DNA of 64,000 nucleotides from Candidatus Colwellbacteria bacterium (GTDB lineage Bacteria; Patescibacteriota; Minisyncoccia; UBA6257; Colwellbacteraceae): NCBI GenBank assembly GCA_028710275.1, contig JAQTUL010000004.1, positions 11,646 to 75,645 of the forward strand, read 5' to 3'. Shown piece by piece: positions 58,110 to 64,000 of this stretch (position 1 is its first letter; each line of letters starts with the position of its first letter). The notes under the pieces were generated by a model. It saw only the letters and a program-made list of their open reading frames with translations, ran no database searches and was not told where the DNA came from. The position numbers and the translations under genes were made by a program.

Positions 58110-60902
58110 ATGTCGTATAGATACGAAGATTTTATTTGGAAAATCATATATAAGGTTCTCAGCAAAGAGAAACATCTCAATATTACAATCGACAAAGATA
58201 AACAGAATACAGAGAATATAGACGAGAAGGTGGTTGATAATATTCTTAAGGAGAAATACATGAATGGAAGTCATCTTGATGTTCTTAAGTCTATGTTCAA
58301 TATGATCCTTCTTCATCATACCGAAGGATCATCCGATGATGAATTCAATCTTCCATATCTCGATCCCTCAATCTTAAATCTTCTCACATCTTTCAAACTT
58401 GCATCTCTAAAAGATACATCAGAAGGTTATGCGATGTTATCAAACTTCAAAAGCATCAATGATATGGTTATAGTTAAAACTTCTAAAACAAAGAAAGATA
58501 ACAAGAGTATACTTTTTGAATATTTTATCGGTACTATTGGTATCAATAAACTTCGAACTCTTATTCCTAACTTCACGTATACTCTTGCCATTTTTAAGTG
58601 TAATCCGTTACCGATAAGTGAAGATAAGAAGATAGATATCAAAAGATTTTGTAAAGAGGAATCAGAAGATACTAGATTTTATGTGGTCTATGAAAAAATC
58701 AAGGGTATGTCTATTGATGATTTTGTTCATCGTATGTTAGATGATGACGATGTACATCGACTCTTAACTTACATTATTCAGATAGCTTTTGCTCTTATAA
58801 TTGCACAACGAGAGATAGGTTATGTTCATTACGATCTTCACACAGATAATATCATTCTCCGAAAACTTCCATCACCCAAAGTGATCGAATACGATATCGA
58901 CGGGAAGACATATCGTATAGAGACAGATGCTATCCCGACTATTATCGATTACGGATTCTCTCATTTCGTATATCAAGGTATTCCTGTAGGAGGAAAAACT
59001 ATGCCAAACTTAGGAATTATTCCCACACTAACTAGTAAAGGGTTTGATCTCTACAAACTTGTTATGTATATAATGAATGGATGTTTCAAGAAGAGGGGTG
59101 TTAATTTCTTTAACAAGATATCATGGGTGATGGATTATTTTACGGACGATCCGTTCGGAATTCATACCGCTTATAAAACTAAAAATCCAGAGTATATCAA
59201 TACGGCATTTGGAGTTGGATGGAAGAAATTCTATAACGTCACACCCACATCTCCTATATATCACGACCCTCCCATGAATTTTCTAAAATGGGTGTCTCAG
59301 GTTAATAAACCGTTTTGGGATAAATCGGTCAAGGTATCAGATAGTCTATATAATGTTCCATCCAATAATATTATCGAGTCTTATCGCGCCAAGATAGAAG
59401 GAAGAAGAATTTTTAATTCAGAGATAATGGATAGTATTGACGATTGTTCTATTCTGGATACTGATCATAGAAGTTATATTATAAATAAGTATGTCTCTGA
59501 TGAGTTCGAAAAAATATTAGATACATTTGGAAACTATATAAAAGATCATCGTTCACTAAGGAAAAAAATTAAACGTCTTTCAGATAAGAGTGAGAAAAAT
59601 AGAGAACAATATCAACAAAATGATCTCGCTCTCTTGACAATCTATACTGACGAATTGTTCACTGTACAGAATTCGATATTGTTAGATGGATATGAAAACA
59701 AACTTGATATTCATTCTGTTCGCGATATAAAGAGACTTAATTCAAAGATGAAAATACTATGTGAGTATATTGAAACGTATAATAACTACAGAATGTTTAT
59801 CGAATATTCAAAAATATCTTCTCGACTGACAACCGATTCATCTATAGATGAATATAAATCAAAGGCTGTATCAATCTACAAAAAATTCGAACAAATTAAG
59901 TCTGAATATATATTCGAAACTTTGAGACAACAATTAAATATTGTAAACGAAGTTGTCTATATTGGTACTTATTACAAACATCCTAATGTATGGAGAATAT
60001 CTGACACGTTCACTGATGCTCTTATTACATTACAATATATAGTTGATGATATAAGATTTTTCTATCCCGATGTAGTATATGCTTATAAAGATATTGAAAA
60101 AATGGTTTACAAGATCGCGCGGGATCTATTAAAAAGATCGTCTCCTATTTATGTTCCTCCGAGAAGTGAGATACAATTCAATATCGCCTCAGTATGTTCT
60201 CCCGATGATCTTAGCTATATCATGTATAAGAATTTTAAACCAAGAGATATTAGTATCTCAGACTTTATTAATACTATACAAAGGGAAAATATGAAAGATG
60301 GAGAAATCTATCATCTGTTAGATACTAAATTCGACAAAGTTAAACATCCATTATCTATCACTCCATATTTCAAATCAATAGTTGAAAGTGATGTATATAA
60401 ACGTTTAAAAATAGATACAATTAAATGTCTCGATTTAGGATCTCCAATTATGGAAAATCGTACCCGAGAAATTCTAGATATTTTAAACGTTTCAGAAAAA
60501 GATTTTATTACGGTAGACTTGTCGGATATAGGAAAGAGGTTTATGAACACGGTTGCTGTAAATTCGGAAGGAAAGTTTCCTTTTATTTCAGGGTATTTTT
60601 CAATTATAACAGCGTTCATGGTTCTCCATAATGTATCGGATATTGAAGATCGATTATCGGAAATACATCGCATATTGAAACCGGGAGGTCTATTTATTAT
60701 GAGAGAATATGATAGTGGAACACAATGTCAAAAAGTCGTGTCTGATATTGATAAAATTCTGACAGACAGAACCACGATCAAACATCAATCGTTCTATATG
60801 TCGAGTGAAGACTGGAACAAATTAATGTACACAAACGGTTTCAGACTTTTACAAGAAAAAATAGATTCTTCTCTCACGAAATACACTCTGTATACGAGGT
60901 AA
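58110..60902 (+). CDS. large protein with an N-terminal protein-kinase-like domain and a C-terminal methyltransferase-like region
   Basis: Kinase-like 'IGYVHYDLHTDNIILRK' (catalytic loop) and 'IIDYGFSHF' (DFG-like). C-terminal 'LDLGSP...IHRILKPGGLFIMREYD' resembles a class I SAM methyltransferase. A hairpin lies downstream at 60932..60953. Confidence 0.5.
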   Translation: MSYRYEDFIWKIIYKVLSKEKHLNITIDKDKQNTENIDEKVVDNILKEKYMNGSHLDVLKSMFNMILLHHTEGSSDDEFNLPYLDPSILNLLTSFKLASLKDTSEGYAMLSNFKSINDMVIVKTSKTKKDNKSILFEYFIGTIGINKLRTLIPNFTYTLAIFKCNPLPISEDKKIDIKRFCKEESEDTRFYVVYEKIKGMSIDDFVHRMLDDDDVHRLLTYIIQIAFALIIAQREIGYVHYDLHTDNIILRKLPSPKVIEYDIDGKTYRIETDAIPTIIDYGFSHFVYQGIPVGGKTMPNLGIIPTLTSKGFDLYKLVMYIMNGCFKKRGVNFFNKISWVMDYFTDDPFGIHTAYKTKNPEYINTAFGVGWKKFYNVTPTSPIYHDPPMNFLKWVSQVNKPFWDKSVKVSDSLYNVPSNNIIESYRAKIEGRRIFNSEIMDSIDDCSILDTDHRSYIINKYVSDEFEKILDTFGNYIKDHRSLRKKIKRLSDKSEKNREQYQQNDLALLTIYTDELFTVQNSILLDGYENKLDIHSVRDIKRLNSKMKILCEYIETYNNYRMFIEYSKISSRLTTDSSIDEYKSKAVSIYKKFEQIKSEYIFETLRQQLNIVNEVVYIGTYYKHPNVWRISDTFTDALITLQYIVDDIRFFYPDVVYAYKDIEKMVYKIARDLLKRSSPIYVPPRSEIQFNIASVCSPDDLSYIMYKNFKPRDISISDFINTIQRENMKDGEIYHLLDTKFDKVKHPLSITPYFKSIVESDVYKRLKIDTIKCLDLGSPIMENRTREILDILNVSEKDFITVDLSDIGKRFMNTVAVNSEGKFPFISGYFSIITAFMVLHNVSDIEDRLSEIHRILKPGGLFIMREYDSGTQCQKVVSDIDKILTDRTTIKHQSFYMSSEDWNKLMYTNGFRLLQEKIDSSLTKYTLYTR

Positions 60903-60988
60903 ATTTATCGTTTCTCAGCTTTTTCACAGTATCTTTACTCTATAGAGTAAAGATACAAATCTCGTCTGAAATTACACGACATTGGCAA

Positions 60989-60996
60989 AAAATTGA
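60989..60996 (+). promoter_or_regulatory. AAAATTGA mimivirus-type early promoter octamer
   Basis: Exact octamer 57 nt upstream of the ATG at 61053. Confidence 0.45.
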
Positions 60997-61052
60997 AAGT
61001 GTCTCAAACCTAATTTAAAGACTTACCACCCTTACCAAACTCCCGTTCGTTT

Positions 61053-64000
61053 TATGTCCGATATTTCATCTTTTATGGAAGTAGATAATTATAAGAAATT
61101 CTTTCCTCATCCCCCAGGAGGAATGGAAGTAAAAAGAACGGTGAAGAAATCCGTACCAAAGGAGATTATCTTCGCTGATAGTGACGATAGTGAAGAAGAT
61201 GAGAAACCGGAGTTTATTGGAAAGAAAAGGGTTCTTAAGGAAATTGTATTTGAATCATCAGATGATGATAGTGGAAACGAGACGGATGATATCACGGTTG
61301 ATTCCGAAAAGGAGATTTTCGAATTCTCAGATCCAGATCCTATTTTCGGATTGCGTTTAGTTAAACCGTACACTCTTTACACTCACCAGATCGAGGCGAT
61401 TCATTGGATGAAGAAGATTGAAAACTCAAATCCAAAGAGGTTGAATATGCGCGGGGGGATTTGTGCCCTTTCTCCAGGATTGGGAAAATGTCTTCGTCCA
61501 GATACACTGGTTCTTCTATTAAACGGAACCATAAAAAAAGCGTGTGATGTTATCGTAGGAGATTTTCTCCTTGGTGATGATAACACACCGAGAAAAGTTC
61601 TTTCGGTTACCACAGGAAAGGATGAGATGTACAGAATTAATCAGAATAAGGGTGAATGGTATGAAGTAAACAGTGAGCATATTTTATCTCTCAAATTTTC
61701 AGGTCATAAAGGGTACTATTGGAGTAAAAACCATTTTACCCTTACATGGTTCGATATTAAAACGTTGAATCTTCATAAAAAGAATTTTAGTGTGATGTCT
61801 GACATCACACGATATAGAGAAAATACATTCCCATCCAAAGACGATGCTTTTACAGCGATGATGAAATTTAAATCGTTATTGAGCCCTATTGAATATAATA
61901 GTTCTACACGTAGACATATGCAATATTCATGGATTAAATCGGAAAACAAATATGTTATTCATTATTGCGATAATGAAAAAATGCGAGTAAAATCATTCTC
62001 TGTATCCGATAATATCCCTCTAAAATCGAAAGAAGAGGCGTTCGAATCTATGACGAAATTTAGAGATACCATTTCAGATGATAATATCATCGATATAGAG
62101 GTTCATAAATATCTCAAACTGAATAAATCGGTTCGAGAGCATCTCAAAGGATTCAAAGTTGGATTTGACGGGTGGGAAGATAAAGATGTACCAATCGACT
62201 CGTGGATGATTGGATATTGGCTAGGAGATGGAACTTCCGCGAATTGTGGAATAACAACAGATGATAAAGAGATTGTAGATTATTTTACTAATAATCTCGG
62301 TAAATATGGGTTGACTTTATCAAAAAAAGGATATATTAATTACACTATAAAATCTGAAGGAAAGATTGGAAAGGGTCGTAATAAGTTTCTCAACTGTCTT
62401 AGAAAAACTAACATGTTGAACAATAAACACATTCCTAATGAATATCTTATAAATTCTAGACGCAACAGATTGGCTCTATTAGCTGGTCTTATCGACTCTG
62501 ATGGATATGTGAACGACGGGTGTTGTGAAATTGTGCAGAAATCGTCGAAACTTGCAGAGAATATAGTGTATCTTTGCCGCTCTCTTGGATTTAACACTCA
62601 AGAGACTATCGTCCAAAAAGAATGTGTTAATAACGGTGTTTGGAATTTCTATCATAGAATTGTATTTAGTGGACAGGGAATGGAGGATATCCCGACGATT
62701 CTTCCTCGTAAAAAATTTAGTGAGAGAATGCAAGTAAAAGATGCTCTTGTTACATCGATCGATGTTGAACACGTGGGGTATGGAGATTATGTAGGATTTG
62801 TTATCGATGGTGATAGACGATTTTTATTAGGTGATTTTACTGTTACACATAATACTTGTGTGTTTGCGAGTCTATGTATGACAGAATCTCAAAATCCCAT
62901 CGAATCACTTCAACGATCATTTCCTAAAGATATCGCAAACATGATCGACGGGTATGTTGTGTCACACACGTATCCGAATCTTGTGATTTGTTCCAAGACG
63001 GTTGCGTATTCATGGAAAAAAGAGATTTCAAAGTTCTATGGAGATTCATGCCCTTACTTCTATATGCATAGGGATTCTCTGAAGAAGAACTTCGATCTTT
63101 TGACATATGATACTATCAAGGACTACAAGATTATCATCACCACATATGAGACAGTTATGGGTGTTGCCAATAAAAATAAAGTATATGATAATCAATTCAG
63201 TCTCGATCAGTTTAATCGTCGTGCCGGAATCAAGGCGTCGAGAAAACCATCACACCAGGATTGTATCAAAGCGGTTGGAGGTATGTTGTTGTTTAAGACG
63301 CCATGGAACCGTATAACAGCGGACGAGTCACATCGCTTCGCAAATCCCACATCATCAACTTTCTATGCGATGATGGCTTTGTGGGGTGAAAAGAAGTGGA
63401 ATCTCAGTGGTACTCCTCTCCGTAACTATTCATCGGATCTCTATTCACAGTTTAGATTTAACGGATACGATAAGATCATCCTATCAAAACAATTTAACTA
63501 TAGCGAGTACGAGCGTGGACGAATGATTGACTTCACTCTATACAAAACATATGAGGATGCAGGTATAATCCTTCCACCAATTACACGCCATAAGATTGAA
63601 ATAGTTCTTGATGGAAGAGAAAAGGAGATTTACGATTATTATCATAGTAGTATGAAACAGGTGTACAACGGATTTCTTGTAGGATCGTATGGTTTCTCTA
63701 ACGTGTTGACTCTCTTTCTTCGTCTACGACAGTTGTGTGTCGTACCGTACACTATTCTCGCGGAGAGTTCGAGAAACTACAAGGGAAAAGATGACGAGGA
63801 ATACACACTGTCACAGAAGATTCTTGATGGTATGACCGGTGGACTTGCTAGCTGGGTCAAGGATAAGATGGGAAGCGCGGGGATTGAATCGGCCAAAATG
63901 AAGGCTCTCATCTCTACATTGAAATCTTTCAAGAAGGGTGAAAAGACTCTCGTTTTCACATCTTTTAAGAAGGTGATTGATATAGCAGCTATTGCGATGG
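61053..64000 (+). CDS. SNF2/DEXH-family helicase (D6/VETF-small-subunit-like); intein-containing; N-terminal frame break; 3' end beyond the window
   Basis: Frame-0 ORF 61053..61421 (acidic N-terminus, '...LVKPYTLY') and the downstream frame reading 'THQIEAIHWM...GLGK|intein|TCVFASLCM...ITADESHRF...LSGTPLRN...LVFTSF' (SNF2 motifs I, II, III, V). The downstream frame is open to 64000. Confidence 0.7.
61489..62853 (+). mobile_element. intein (455 aa, LAGLIDADG endonuclease) inserted in the SNF2 GLGK|T motif
   Basis: Starts 'CLRPDTLVLLLNGT', carries 'MIGYWLGDGTS' and 'LLAGLIDSDGY', and ends 'FTVTHN|T'. Confidence 0.75.

Noticed and set aside
61053-61421. The 122-aa + strand ORF as an independent gene; it is absent from the supplied ORF track.
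   Set aside because: Its C-terminus ('LVKPYTLY') is the first half of the SNF2 motif that continues in the next frame ('THQIEAIHWM'). It is the frameshifted 5' part of the helicase gene.
1-64000. Bacterial or phage origin, considered because the ORF track uses GTG starts and density is compact.
   Set aside because: The window carries eukaryote-type RPB1, eRF1, cytosolic-type Hsp70, PARP/WWE, RING, a Golgi-type glycosyltransferase cluster, the AAAATTGA octamer and the hairpin rule. These point to a nucleocytoplasmic giant virus.
1-64000. tRNA or rRNA genes.
   Set aside because: I could not recognise any by eye in the intergenic regions. A tRNAscan-type search would be needed to exclude tRNAs.

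Overview
The window is AT-rich (about 70%) and densely packed with genes on both strands. It looks like a segment of a Mimiviridae-type giant dsDNA virus rather than a cellular or phage genome. The evidence is the gene content, the AAAATTGA early-promoter octamer upstream of some genes, and perfect hairpin palindromes after most genes (the mimivirus 'hairpin rule').

Genes I can support from the sequence:
- An Hsp70/DnaK chaperone.
- The C-terminal ~630-aa part of the RNA polymerase II largest subunit (RPB1), interrupted by two adjacent LAGLIDADG inteins.
- An A32-like packaging ATPase with an intein in its P-loop.
- An SNF2/DEXH helicase with an intein in GLGK|T and an N-terminal frame break; it runs off the window end.
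- A eukaryotic release factor eRF1 split by an RF2-like +1 frameshift site (GUU UGA C).
- An SF2 DEAH helicase and a DHH/DHHA1 phosphoesterase.
- Two AlkB-like 2OG-Fe(II) dioxygenases.
- A WWE-PARP protein next to a RING protein, with a NADAR/YbiA protein nearby.
- A cluster of glycosyltransferases (GT32 Och1-like, GT25-like, Anp1/Mnn9-like, GT2+TPR) flanking a 1157-aa secreted or membrane protein made of about 15 cysteine-rich tandem repeats saturated with N-x-S/T sequons.
- A vWA protein, a thioredoxin-fold protein, C2H2 zinc-finger paralogs and a KSR-repeat ultra-basic protein.
- An N-terminal PD-(D/E)xK nuclease fused to a C-terminal SPPY-type SAM methyltransferase, and a kinase-like/methyltransferase-like fusion.

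The remaining ORFs are hypothetical proteins. I saw no rRNA or CRISPR array, and I cannot exclude a tRNA by eye. The supplied ORF track calls some GTG starts as M and omits at least one + strand ORF (61053..61421).

The most interesting regions are the N-glycosylation island, the ADP-ribosylation-linked gene cluster, the intein-rich core genes, and a structured TCCGAAAG-rich non-coding element.
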